Positions 38,240 to 52,312 of a DNA stretch of 64,000 bases are shown here, piece by piece. Each line of letters begins with the position of its first letter. The first letter of the stretch is position 1. The notes under the pieces are model-generated. The model was not told where the DNA came from. It made no database searches and worked only from the letters and a program-made list of their open reading frames with translations. Position numbers and translations under genes: made by a program. This stretch comes from Octopus sinensis. Taxonomy: Eukaryota. The stretch spans positions 45,012,001 through 45,076,000 of the forward strand of contig NC_043012.1 of assembly GCF_006345805.1 (NCBI RefSeq), written 5' to 3'.

Positions 38240-38785
38240 ATCTCAGCCTTAAAACGTGTGATAGTTTTTTTTTAAATATTCTAACAGATTTATTAAAATA
38301 CCAAAGCGTTTTTCATAATTTTTCGTTTTTCAATGGTAAATACAGATATCAACTGTTCTTATAAATTCCAATATTCAGTAAGTTTCAGAGATAGATAGCA
38401 ATACAAGTTCAAATGTTCGATAAATTTCATAACAATCGTACTTGATTGAAAATTGTGTAACATTGAGTTATATTTACAATTAGATACGATGAAGGTTTTA
38501 AAAGATTAAGAAAAAAGAAAAGAAAGAAAAAGTTTTCTTTTCATAATTTCTGTTGTACTACACACAGGATTTTTTGCTAGAATTGTTATTACTTTGTATT
38601 CTAGTGAAACTCATTGAATATGGATGAACATTTGACCTTTTAAGCATTTTATACCTTGTACCTTCAATTTCTCCGAAATGCTGTTTATTTACCGTTGAAA
38701 AACAAAACAAAAAAAATATCGAAGTCGGTTTCGTATCTGAAATCTGTTAGAAAATTTAAAAACTACCACGCGTCTTAAGACTCTG
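38240..38785. repeat. Fold-back/MITE-like element with ~105-bp imperfect TIRs
   Basis: aaaacgtgtgatagttt..aaatattctaacagattt...ttttcaatggtaaata versus tatttaccgttgaaaa...aaatctgttagaaaatttaaaaactaccacgcgtctt. Confidence 0.65.
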
Positions 38786-39033
38786 GTACTCTCCCACTTA
38801 CACACACACACACACACATACATCGTGTGTTTAGTTGGCTAAAATTCGTCTATTCAAAAGAAGTGACAATACAAAATACAAGTAGTATTTTATATTTAAG
38901 TGTACACACATTATATACTATATATGTGAGTGTGGTTGTATGTATGCATTCTCACTCATTCACTCACATGCACACACACACACACACACTTATTTGGCGA
39001 AAAGAAGTGTATTTCCATGCAGGAAATAATATA

Positions 39034-39258
39034 TATTTCTTTACTACCCAGAAGGGGCTAAACACAGAGGAGACAAACAAGGACAGACAAACGGATTAAG
39101 TCGATTACATCGACCCCAGTGTGTAACTGGTACTTAATTTATCGACCCTGGAAGGATGAAAGGCAAAGTAGACCTCGGCGGAATTTGAACTCGGAACGTA
39201 ACGGCAGACGAAATACGGCAACGCATTTCACCCGGCGTGCTAACGTTTCTGCCAGCTC
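39034..39258 (-). mobile_element. Full-length SINE family A with a 15-bp target-site duplication
   Basis: gcaggaaataatata at 39019-39033 and 39259-39273; an empty-site paralogue is visible at ~38204-38260. Confidence 0.95.
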
Positions 39259-39424
39259 GCAGGAAATAATATAGGAGAGTTGGTTGTTGGAGTCGAAAAA
39301 GCATCTCAGTCTTAAAACGTGTATGGCCGTGCGTTTATCGATCCTTATCAACAGCAAAATCTACATGAATTAATTTCGAAAATTACCCCCAACTAGCTAA
39401 GTAGTTGTACGTAATGAATAATGT

Positions 39425-39600
39425 TCCATATTTTGGCGCAAGGCCAGAAAGTTCGGGAAAGGGAGCAAGTTGATTACATAGAACCAGTGTTCAACTGGTA
39501 CTGATTTTATCGACCCCGAAGGGATGAAAGCAAGTTCGATCTCGGCGGGATTTGAACTGTCGAAATTCCGCGAAGCCTAGTCTACTAACGATTCTGCTAA
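39425..39600 (-). mobile_element. SINE family A
   Basis: ttttatcgaccccgaagggatgaaagc. Confidence 0.8.
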
Positions 39601-39844
39601 CTTAAAGTCTTCTACGTAATGAATATTTATATATCAGACAGAAAATAAGAGAAAGAATTGAAAAATAGAAGTGTGGTTATTTGTTATTAACTGCTTTGGC
39701 TTTAAAAAATTATTATGAATAATACAACGTAGCTGAATTTTCCATGTATTCTATTCATACGTACATACTACACACATATATGCGTACACACACACACACA
39801 CACGAAAACAAGTACACACACGAAAACAAACACGCACACATTTC

Positions 39845-40070
39845 TTTATTGCCCGCAGGGGGCTAAACATAGAGAGGACAAACAAGTGACAAAGGGATTA
39901 AGTCGATTACATCGACCACTGTGTGTAACTGGTACTTATTTAATCGACCTCGAGAGGATGAAACGCAAGGTCCGACCTCGGCGGAATTCGAATTCAGAAC
40001 CTAACTACAGATGAAATAACGCTCAGCATTTCGCCCGGTGCGCTAACAATTCTGGCAGCTGGCCGCCCTA
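39845..40070 (-). mobile_element. SINE family A, full length
   Basis: gggggctaaacatagagaggacaaac tail through tctggcagctggccgcc head. Confidence 0.9.
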
Positions 40071-40209
40071 CACACACATACATATTACTTATATATTGGT
40101 ATGCGTACATATACATACTTGGATATGTGTGTATGTGTATATCGCTAATACCCAAATTTTTTAAAATTCTCTTTCTACTTATTCTCTTTCTCTTTATTTC
40201 CTCGTGTTC

Positions 40210-40245
40210 CTTTCTGTTGAAGAGCGTAGGCTCGAAATGTAAAAG
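40210..40245 (+). ncRNA. Minimal HHR-like motif with a variant core (CUGUUGA) in a Penelope pLTR fragment
   Basis: cttt CTGTTGA a gagc gtag gctc GAAAT GT A aaag. Confidence 0.55.
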
Positions 40246-40408
40246 ACTTTCTCACCTTCCCGAGCGTCAAACTAATACACCTGTTTGTTGTTTATACACT
40301 TGTCTTTGTCTTTTGTTTTTATGTAAATTTCAACTACATGTACACATATACAGATATATATATACACGTATACTAATATATCTATTCATATATAACTATG
40401 TACCCCAC

Positions 40409-40466
<58 letters not shown>

Positions 40467-40539
40467 TACACATATATATATGCATATATATGTATATATC
40501 TATATATATATTTTTATATATATTTGTATACAGAACTCA

Positions 40540-40985
40540 GACATTTGAAATTATCCCCAATGTAATCGGTAGAACTAAGCATGTGTCTAGTTTTATATGG
40601 ACAACTAGTGTTTAGTTTTACAAATTATATTGAATTGGAACGATCGTACGGACGAGTCTACGGACGAAGGATTACGTAAGTAATTTATTCGGTAATAGAC
40701 GAAACCGGTATACGATTAATTCTTGATTTTTATATAATTTTCATCTGTCTTGCCTGCCTATGTTCTGGTGTTCGCTGAAATTTCTCTGGAGAACATTCAT
40801 TCTTTGTAGTTAGATCGTATGTGATCTTCTTCTAGCGTATGGTTATCCACCTAGTGTTTTAGCCCTAAATATACACATGTATTGAATTTTTTTTCTGATT
40901 TTTCGGATTTTTTATATGCTAAGCTACTGGTTTTAAATTGATATTAATTAAATTAATATTCAATTTATCTCCCTCATTATTTAAA
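40540..40985 (+). mobile_element. Second copy of HHR family H2
   Basis: Colinear with the minus strand of 16254-16620 and with 16727-16943; flanked by (TA)n. Confidence 0.85.
40645..40714 (+). ncRNA. Type I hammerhead motif (family H2)
   Basis: cgta CGGACGA gtcta...tagac GAAAC cg GT A tacg; perfect stems I and II, one core change (U4 to G). Confidence 0.7.
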
Positions 40986-41019
40986 TATATATATATACGT
41001 GTGTGAGTGTGTGTATTTG

Positions 41020-41735
41020 TCCCCAACATCACTTGACAACCGATGCTAGTGTGTTTCCGTCCCCGTAACTTAGCGGTTAGGCAAAAGAGTGTGATAGAAT
41101 AAGTACTACCCTTAGAAAGATTAAATCCTGTGGTCGATTTGCTAAAGGCAGTGCTCCAGCAAGGCCGCAGTCAAATGACTGAAACAACTAATAGAAAGAA
41201 TATATATATATTTATATACGTCGATTTATATATATATATACATTTATATATGTGTATTGCCATGCTGGAGCACCGCTTTGAGTCGAACAGCGCGACTCCA
41301 AGACTTATTGTTTGTAAGCCTAGTACTTATTGTATCGGTTACTTTTGCCGAACCGCTAGATACGGGGACGGAAACACACCTACATCTGTTGTCAAACGAT
41401 GGTAGGGGGTGGGTGGGGACAAACATAGACACACAAACATATACATATATATATATATATACGATGGGCTTCTTTCAGTTTCCGTCTACCAAATCCACTC
41501 AGAAGGCTTTGTTCGGCCCAGCCACTTTTGCGCCTATTCTTTTATTCTTTTACTTATTTTAGTTATTTGACTGCGGCCATGCTGGAGCAACGACTTAATC
41601 GTATAAATCGACCACAGGAACTTACTCTCTGTAAGCTTAGTAGTTATTCAATCGGTCTATTTGGCCGAACCCCTCAGATATAGGGATGTAAACGCACCAA
41701 CATCTGTTGTCAAGCGATATCGGGGGGACAAACGC
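41020..41735. mobile_element. Three partial SINE family B copies (41020-41190 +, 41250-41525 -, 41545-41735 -)
   Basis: ccccgtaacttagcggtt and ccatgctggagca motifs in both orientations. Confidence 0.85.
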
Positions 41736-41742
41736 ACACACA

Positions 41743-41775
<33 letters not shown>

Positions 41776-41980
41776 CACACACACACACATACCTTTGAAA
41801 TGATGAAAAATTAATAGTAATAGCTTTTCTGACAATTTTTAGAGGATAAATTATGATAAAATTCGATTCCTATTAATATTTTCATATATGATACTGTAGC
41901 ACGGGATCTCTATTTCAAATTCTACTACACATACATGCGTTTCATAAAGAAATAAACATACATATAAATAAATAAATAAA

Positions 41981-42033
<53 letters not shown>

Positions 42034-42080
42034 GTATATAGCACATGTGTGTGAAATGTATATGTATATTCATATATATA

Positions 42081-42114
<34 letters not shown>

Positions 42115-42129
42115 ATTTTAATCCAAAAG

Positions 42130-43000
42130 GGAAACAAAAAACAACAACAACAGGAACAATTACAGTATTATTATTAATAGGCGCTCAGGAGATGGAAGCA
42201 GGGAGGTATGACGTTTCGAGCGGAGCTCTTCGTCGGAAACATAAAGAAGGAAGAGAGAGAAAGAAAGATCCCAGAGCGGGCAACAGGGAAAGAGAAAAAA
42301 GACGACTGGTGTTTACGAGTTGCACATGTGAAAGGCGGATGTTGACGATAACAAGAGCAAAGTGGGTTTTTAAAGGCAAAAGAGTGGAGACAAGGTTGGT
42401 AACCCAACAGATGTGTGTGTATGTGTGAGTGTGTGCATGTGCGTGTGTGTATGTGTGTGTGTGAGGCGAGATGAAAAACAAAAAAATATGTGTGTGTTAG
42501 TGTGTGCGTCTGTGTGTAGGCGTGTGAGGTAGGGCGAGATAGTGGTCAGCTAGCAGACGAGGTCAGTAGTAAGAAAAAGAAGGAAGGAGGAAGGGAGGGA
42601 GGGGAAGGGGTGGGGCGTATGTAGCGTTCCAGCGTGTGTTGAGTAGTAGTGTGTGTGTGTGTCCAGTGTCGTGGTGGTATTAATGGCGAGTAGATTGAAT
42701 GTGTGTAAGAGTGATGTATATATATAGGCAAGGTGTGTATATGTGTGCGCGTGTGTGTAACGAAAAAGGGGGGGGTTAAGGAAAAAGGACTCCAGCTGAG
42801 GGGAAGATGGAAGAGTGGTACCGCGGAGACAGGCGTGGGAAAACCCAACGACACGCGACGGTCCCAGGAACGGGCGGGAGGTCTCGTCAGGTCCAAGGGC
42901 GAGGTGTATGCGGCGCGTATGCAGCGCGAGCCGGCGCAAGTGCGTATGTGCGCGTGCCTGCGAGTATGCGCGTAAGTATGTATGTGTGTGGATGTGTGAG
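42130..43000 (-). mobile_element. Penelope-like pLTR-type non-coding element
   Basis: Shares the gaacaatt..attagtatggcgctcagga-like block with 52085-52110 and carries an HHR motif. Confidence 0.6.
42206..42240 (-). ncRNA. Minimal HHR-like motif with a GUC site
   Basis: gttt CCGACGA a gagc tcc gctc GAAAC GT C atac; U4 to C, stem I paired at 3 of 4 positions. Confidence 0.55.
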
Positions 43001-43056
43001 TGTGTCTGTGTGTATGTCTGGGTGGCAGTGTTGTCCGATGAATATTATATATATAT

Positions 43057-43101
<45 letters not shown>

Positions 43102-43138
43102 TTATATATATATATTATATATTATATATATATACATC

Positions 43139-43178
<40 letters not shown>

Positions 43179-43490
43179 TATATACATAAACGCAAACAGA
43201 TATATGTACATATATTTATATAATCATATATACGTATATATATATGTGTGTGTACAGTTACATGCCATATGTGTATGTATTGCAACACGCACATATGTGT
43301 CTACTCCTAAGTTCATATATCTGTGCGTGTGTGTATGTGTATGTGCATTTACATTTGGTTTCATACATACATGTGTGCGCGCGCGTGAGTAAAAGTTATT
43401 GAAGTTTGCATTCTGATAAGGATAAAAATGTTGCGTGTTAGTTGCTGCAAGTGAAGCTATCCGTATCCAACCAGGAACCCATCTGCATAC

Positions 43491-43556
43491 GATTGAACTT
43501 CTGAGCAAATCCCTTGACAGCGTTCGCATCAAAGATGTGAAGAAGGTTGCAACTAC
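43491..43556 (-). CDS. Probable exon of an unidentified host gene (VVATFFTSLMRTLSRDLLRSSI, phase 0-0)
   Basis: Acceptor attgacatttaccttag, donor atc|gtatgc; continues the reading frame of the 46278 exon; other frames are also open, so the boundary is less certain. Confidence 0.4.
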
Positions 43557-44027
43557 CTAAGGTAAATGTCAATCCCTCTATTATTTCAAAATAAATTACT
43601 AAAATACAAGTTAATAATGTTTCTTTTATGAAGCTTTTCAAAAAATTATTTTTCGATACTTCGTTATCGATCAATGTATGAAACGAACTCAAATACATCG
43701 ATTTTCAACTTTCATCAGCACTTATGTTTGATTGTTGCTGTTGTTCCTTTTATCTGGGAAATCAAGTTGCTTAAAAGTATGATATTTAACGAACCTATGC
43801 GCCTTAATACGAACGTGTGTGTATGTGTGTATATGTGTTTGTGTATGTGTGTGTGTATGTGTGTGTGTGCATTGTTCACGTTTATGACAAAAATAAATGA
43901 GAAAGACGTTTTGTCTTTCGCGTTTATTTTCGTTTTTTGAATGCTTATATATATATATATATATATACAAATGCGTGTGTGTGTGTGTGTCCGGGCGTGT
44001 GTGCATACACGCACGTATAGTTATGTA

Positions 44028-44072
<45 letters not shown>

Positions 44073-44161
44073 ATGTTTATATATGTGTTGATATATATAT
44101 ATACGTGTGTGTATTTAGCTGTAATAGTATTTCTATATGTTTACTAAAATATTAATGTCTT

Positions 44162-44208
<47 letters not shown>

Positions 44209-44717
44209 CACTTTGAAAATAGCAATGTGTAAAATGTGCACGTACAGACATACACGCTTACATTTGCAGACACAAATTAAGATATACATACATACACATA
44301 GGCAAAATTGCAAGAGAAATATTAAATTGCAGTCGTTCTTCCTGTGCGACGGTCTGCGAGCAGAGATAACTATGAGAAGTAGCAGCTTCATCATATGTGA
44401 GGTAAACGAACGTAGATAAACACACATAGGCATGCGTATAAAACCTCATATACACATGAATATATATATATATAACGTTCGTCATCCTGTTTTCTATTCG
44501 TTATTAATTCCACCTACACATTTATATCTTCTCCAGCTCCTCTTCTTTGTTACTTTACTTCACTATATTTCTTCTTCAGCAACACATTTCCCGTCCATAC
44601 ATTTCTTTGTCCATCGGGCCATTCATCCATTCATTCGTCGACCTATTTCAAACATTTACGCACCTACCTGACCGTTCCCTACTCTACCATGTCTATCCAC
44701 CCAGCTACAGTATCACA

Positions 44718-44822
<105 letters not shown>

Positions 44823-45437
44823 CCCGCCTGCCTGCCTGTCTGTCTCCTTACATAGACTATACCCCTGACTCATTATCTCACCCGTTCTATTTTCCGTGCC
44901 AATAATTCTTATTACATCTCACACATGAAATCCACTCTCTGATCCATCTCACGCCATTTCATTCCTTCACTAAAACAACTTCATTCTTCACTGCTTCTCT
45001 CTCTCTCTCACTCACTCCTTAATTTATCTTTTTATTTTGATTATTTAACTCAATATTCGTACTGAGTCCATTTCCTTGTGAGTCTACTCCCTAATAAATA
45101 TATGGCTCTTTCAGCGTTAACTAGCAACGAAAATAGCAACAACACAAATTTGAACAACTGACAGAGTAGCATCGAAATATAAGCCTGGTAACCAGCTGAA
45201 ACATTAAAACATGCAGTTATAAAGATAACGGAGAAGGGCGAAAGAATGCCATATTCCTTTGCATTTTTCCTTCTTTCATAATCGAGTATTGATTAGATTA
45301 TTGAGCGATCGTGTTGTTTGATGATAATAAACTTTCTTCCTATTCTGACTGCATAATCCATATTGAATCATTTCCGAAAGCATTAGTGCTAAACGCAACA
45401 ATAAAGATTTCGCGTATATTGTTGGACTACACAAAGA

Positions 45438-45483
<46 letters not shown>

Positions 45484-45486
<3 letters not shown>

Positions 45487-45900
45487 CGCAGGAGTGGCTG
45501 TGTGGTAAGTAGCTTGTTTACCAACCACATGGTTCCGGGCTCAGTCCCACTGCGTGGCACCTTGGGCAAGTGTCTTCTACTATAGCCTTGGGCCGACCAA
45601 AGCCTTGTGAGTGGATTTGGTAGACGGAAACTGAAAAGAAGCCCGTCGTATATATGTATATATGTATATATGCGTGTGTGTGTTTGTGTGTCTGTGTTTA
45701 TCCCCCTAGCATTGCTTGACAACCGATGCTGGTGTGTTTATGTCCCGTTACTTCGCGGTTCGGCAAAAGAGACCGATAGAATAAGTACTGGGCTTACAAA
45801 AAAAAGAATAAGTCCCGGGGTCGAGTTGCTCGATTAAAGGCGGTGTTCCAGCATGGCCGCAGTCAAATGACTGAAACAAGTAAAAGAGCAAAAGAGTAAA
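45484..45900 (+). mobile_element. Full-length tRNA-derived SINE family B (CORE-like)
   Basis: A-box-like tggctgtgtgg, B-box-like ggctcagtccc, CORE-like ccttgggcaagtg, internal (TA/TG)n; inserted in (TA)n. Confidence 0.92.
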
Positions 45901-45902
45901 GA

Positions 45903-45952
<50 letters not shown>

Positions 45953-45964
45953 TATATATAATAT

Positions 45965-46007
<43 letters not shown>

Positions 46008-46200
46008 GTATATATGTATATATATGTAATTACTCATTCCCAACCCACGCAATCACATCACTCATCCATTCGTTTATCGATGGATCGATCGATTCATCCA
46101 TCCATCCATCCATATGTCTACCCAACCATTTATACGGGCAGTAAGATAGGTGAGAAATCAGCGTAAAGGCATCTGATGTTGGTGAACGACTAGTACTTAC

Positions 46201-46278
46201 GTCTCTATTGTGGTTTTGGAAAGTATTAAAAATCAAATCTCCTGTTCCTTCCAGTAGTTCAGTTTTTAAATTTATCAG
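46201..46278 (-). CDS. Probable exon of an unidentified host gene (LINLKTELLEGTGDLIFNTFQNHNRD, phase 0-0)
   Basis: Acceptor tttttatatatacag, donor gac|gtaagt; 78 nt; only phase 0 is open. Confidence 0.6.
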
Positions 46279-46402
46279 CTGTATATATAAAAAGTCACTC
46301 ATAAAAGCAAAGGAGTATTTGATTTTGAAAAGTGACAAAATGAATTCAAATGGTAGGAATAAATTAAAACTTCAAGTAAAAAGACAATATTTTTTCTGAA
46401 AG

Positions 46403-46610
46403 AAGGCGACGGGCGAAATGCTTAGCGGCATTTCGCCTGTCTACATGTTCTGAGTTCAAACTCCACCGAGGTTGACTTTGCTTTTCGTCCTTCCGGGGTC
46501 GATAAATTAAGCGCCACTTACGTACTGGGGTCAATCTAATCGACTGGCCTCCTCCCCCAGAATTTCGGGCCTTGTGCCCAGAGTTGAAAAGAATATTTTT
46601 TTCTATGAGA
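46403..46610 (+). mobile_element. SINE family A
   Basis: gagttcaaactccaccgaggttgactttgc...cggggtcgataaattaag. Confidence 0.88.
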
Positions 46611-46699
46611 GAAAGGACAATTAAAACAGGGGAACTATATTGTACATAGAGTATTATATGATTACACAAAGATGATATATAATTTTACCATTTAACATT

Positions 46700-47125
46700 T
46701 TCTTCTTTCAGTCATTGGACTGTAGCCATGCTGGGACACTGCCTTGAAGGTTTTAGTCAAAGATAGACACTTGTTTGTTATTTTTAAGCTTGGTACTTAT
46801 CATATTTATATCTTTCGCTGAACCGTTATATTACAGGAATGTAAACAAAGCTGCCTAGTGTTGAGGAGGGGGAACAAACCACACATAAATATATATGTCT
46901 CAAAGCATATAGCTCAAAAACACACGCATAACTATACATGCATAAATATTTATATTTATATTATATAGCGCGGGTTTCCACACAATTTCCGTTTACCTCA
47001 CAAGGCCCTGGTTGGCCGGGACCTTAGTGGAAGATACTAGCTCTAGGTGCAGCACTTTGTACTGAACTCGAGACCATATGGTTGCAAAACGAGCTCTTCA
47101 GCAACGCAACTATGCCTGCAACTAA
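46700..47125 (-). mobile_element. Degenerate SINE family B
   Basis: gccatgctggga...; cacaaggccctggttggcc...gaactcgagaccatatggttg. Confidence 0.7.
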
Positions 47126-47454
47126 ACTCTACAAGCACCATATTCATTTTGGGAAGTCAACTTAGACTTGATCCATAGATCATAGCTTCAGAAATAAAAT
47201 TTGGTAATGTTTGAAAATAGTTTCCCGAATGCAATAGGGATGTAGTTTCCGAATGAAAAACGTTCTCTCCCCTTAGAAGTACGACATGTTACCGACATAT
47301 GATCGTAAATATTTTCAAGAAGTTACGTATAGACGGACAAGGCGTATATCTATATAATAAATATGCATACATAGAATACATACATAGAAACTTTCAAATA
47401 GACACTTGCATACCTACATACATACATACATATATATATATATGTTTGCAATAC

Positions 47455-47531
<77 letters not shown>

Positions 47532-47532
<1 letters not shown>

Positions 47533-48512
47533 TAGCTTAAGGTGACTCGCTCTACGCGCGGGTAAGAGTGTGATTGTTACTTTCTGTTGCTTCCTTTCTG
47601 TTTTTTTATCACCACATTCTCCCTCGCTTTCTCTTACTCTCTATCTTTCTCTATCTAACTCTCTCCCATTTATAAACAACAAAAGATCTTGAGTAAGTTG
47701 AGAAAGAAAATATTTTGAAAGATCAATCATAAATATCAGGCAGTGACAACGGAAAGGTCTGCTTCAAGGCAGACAACAAAACACTAACATTTAAAAGGGA
47801 CAGACGAACTTGCGAGCTGAATAAAAATAAAAAAATATTGGAAACCAAAGTTTGAAGGGATAGAATCTGAGGATAGAAGAGTCATCATGGCTGGCATTTC
47901 TTAACGACGGACACCAACGTAGTGGCAGTTTAACGGCTGGCGTAAAATTTTGAACTTGATGTAAAAGAAAATTCCTAAGCACCAAGTTTTGAAGTGATTC
48001 TTTCTCACGACAGTAGACTCACCATGGCAAGTATTCAAAACTTCTTCATCATGGACGGCAACACATTGAAGATTTAAAGGCTGGCGCAATTTTTTTAGCT
48101 TGATGTAACAGAGAATTCCTAAACACCCGCTCTCGTCAATTTTAATCCCCCTCCAGCTCTATTTAGATCTCTTTTCACATTTTGGTTAATATAACCCGAT
48201 TTCATTCGAGTCTACACGGGCTACATTTTATAAGATGAAGAATTTTGTCCTAGAGGTCACGCCTTTCATTTGAGGAAAAACGTAGTTGCCATGCAAACTC
48301 GCCAGCACTTTTAACATAGGTGTGCATATTTTCAGCTCAACCGACCACATAGTGCACACATTATATATATATATACATCTTATGGAAATGAAAATGATGT
48401 CGAAAGATTGCAATTTCAGAATCACCCTGCAACTCCTCTGGTGAAACATTTAGTAGCATTTTTAGCCCATCTTCCGCATTGGTAAGTATAATTATTTTAC
48501 ACAGTTTCGAGA
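47532..48512 (-). mobile_element. Non-autonomous Helitron-like element
   Basis: Minus-strand 3' end has a GC-rich imperfect hairpin acccgcgcgtagagcgagt, then CTAG|T at 47532; putative A|TC 5' end near 48512; internal ~165-bp imperfect direct repeat (47880/48045). Confidence 0.55.
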
Positions 48513-48535
48513 TATTTTTTTTACTTCATCCATAC

Positions 48536-48749
48536 TCTTTTACTCTTTTACTTGTTTCAGTCATGTAACTGTGGCCATGCTGGAGCACCAGCAAATCGAC
48601 CGCAGGACGTATTCTTTGGAAGCCTAGTACTTATTCTATCGGTCTCTTTTGCCGAACCGCTAAGTTACGGGGACGTAAACACACCAGCATCGGTTATGAA
48701 CCGATGTTGGGGGATAAACATATATACATACAAACATATATACACAAAC

Positions 48750-48798
<49 letters not shown>

Positions 48799-48959
48799 TA
48801 CGACGGGCTTCTTTTCAGTTTCCGTCTATCAAATCCACTCACAAGGCTTTGGTCGGCCCGAGGCTATAATAGAAGACACTTGCCCAAAGTGCCACGCAGT
48901 GGGACTGAACCCGGAACTATGTGGCTCGTAAGCAAGCTACTTACCACACAGCTACGCCT
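48536..48959 (-). mobile_element. Full-length SINE family B, inverted relative to 45484-45900
   Basis: Reverse complement of the 45484 copy, including head, CORE-like block and tail. Confidence 0.92.
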
Positions 48960-49054
48960 ATATTGATAAATTGATAAATTGATAAATATTGATAAATTTT
49001 AGAGTATGTATTATGCATTATTATTTTTATTATCATTATTATTATTATTATTAT

Positions 49055-49800
49055 TGTAGACGTCGCACAGTATACAATATCGTGAGGTTGTTGATTGTAG
49101 ATATAGGGTCTGGCGGGAGTTTTTACTGTTTGTCAAGTCACAACAAGGACCTCAGACAGACAGTACTTTACGCAATATGCATGTAGTTCCAAGTAATGCC
49201 GACGTTTGCAATACGTCTAGATTTCAGGGTATTTCTAAGGTTTTCAGATGTCTTTCAGTTTGGGTGGTATTGAACCCAATGCTCCGATGACAAAAGGGAT
49301 AGCCTTTATGCCTAATTACTGACGTGGCAGTGCCAGATCAATATATCACCATAAAAGAAAGAGAAAAGCTCGATAAATACGGAGACGTGAGCGATCTCAA
49401 TTCTCAGGTCTCCACATTTATGGACCTTTTCTCTTTCTTTCATGGTGATAGATTGATCATGCCCTGCCACGTCAGTTATCAGGCACTCTTGTTTGTCCCT
49501 CACCTAAAGGTTACTATATCCGGCCTTCGGCCATTTAGCACCTTGTCTGTCTGGAAGTTAAAGTCCATTACCTTTTCTGGTGTATGTTGGTACCAAGTAC
49601 CCGTAACCTCATATCCATACTTACGGCATAAGTATGGGCTGCTTTGGGCTGTCTTCTTGTGTCTACGCTTGTACTCTTTCTGCACAAGACTTTCACACGC
49701 ACTAACAATGTGACTCATGCTTTCGACCCTCTTCCCATACATTCTGCAGAGGTCTGTTGCACATGTGTGGTATATATTCTTTTTCAATGAGTTGGTTCTC
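49055..49800 (-). mobile_element. R4/Dong-clade LINE 3' fragment (CCHC plus restriction-like endonuclease) flanked by (TAA)n
   Basis: CRMY...ESMSHIVSAC...YKRRH...RRPDIV...IPFVIGALG; TAA repeats on both sides in element sense. Confidence 0.88.
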
Positions 49801-49801
49801 A

Positions 49802-49841
<40 letters not shown>

Positions 49842-49940
49842 GTTGTTGTTGTTGTTGTTGTTGTTGCTGCTGCTGCTGTTGTTGTTATTATTATTATTAT
49901 TATTATTGTTGTTGTTGTTGTTGTTGTTGTGTTGTTGTTG

Positions 49941-51797
<1,857 letters not shown>

Positions 51798-52029
51798 TAG
51801 GCAAAGATAACTTAAATGATTGATGTAGTCTTCTCCGCAACAATCTTTTGAATAATCGGTGACGTTGAACTCCTATGTATAATTCCAGAAACTCCAGTCT
51901 CAAATAAAATATACACACTCTACATTATATACCGAGCAGTTACCCCACGTGTAAACGAAAACGTCCACAAATATATATATATATATTATATATATATATA
52001 TTATATATATATATATATATATACATATA

Positions 52030-52275
52030 ACGGGAAGCTTTATGAAAATAAACAAAAGACGAAGGCAGGTGGAAAACAAACGAACAATTGTATTAGTATG
52101 GCGCTCAGGAAATATAAATAAAACAAGTCTTTAACGTTTCGAGCCTACGCTCTTCACGAGAGCGAAATAAGGGGAGATAATAGGGTTGATAAAAGGGTTG
52201 AGGGACCAGCTAAAAGTGCGTGGGAGGGGTCTGGATGTGTGTATGTATAGGGTTGGTGTATGTATTAGTATGTAT

Positions 52276-52312
<37 letters not shown>

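Noticed and set aside
43442-43561. Plus-strand exon reading AASEAIRIQPG...
   Set aside because: It ends in TAA just before the donor and conflicts with the better-supported minus-strand exon chain
45484-45560. tRNA-like heads of SINEs
   Set aside because: A/B-box-like motifs only; they run into SINE bodies and do not form a cloverleaf gene
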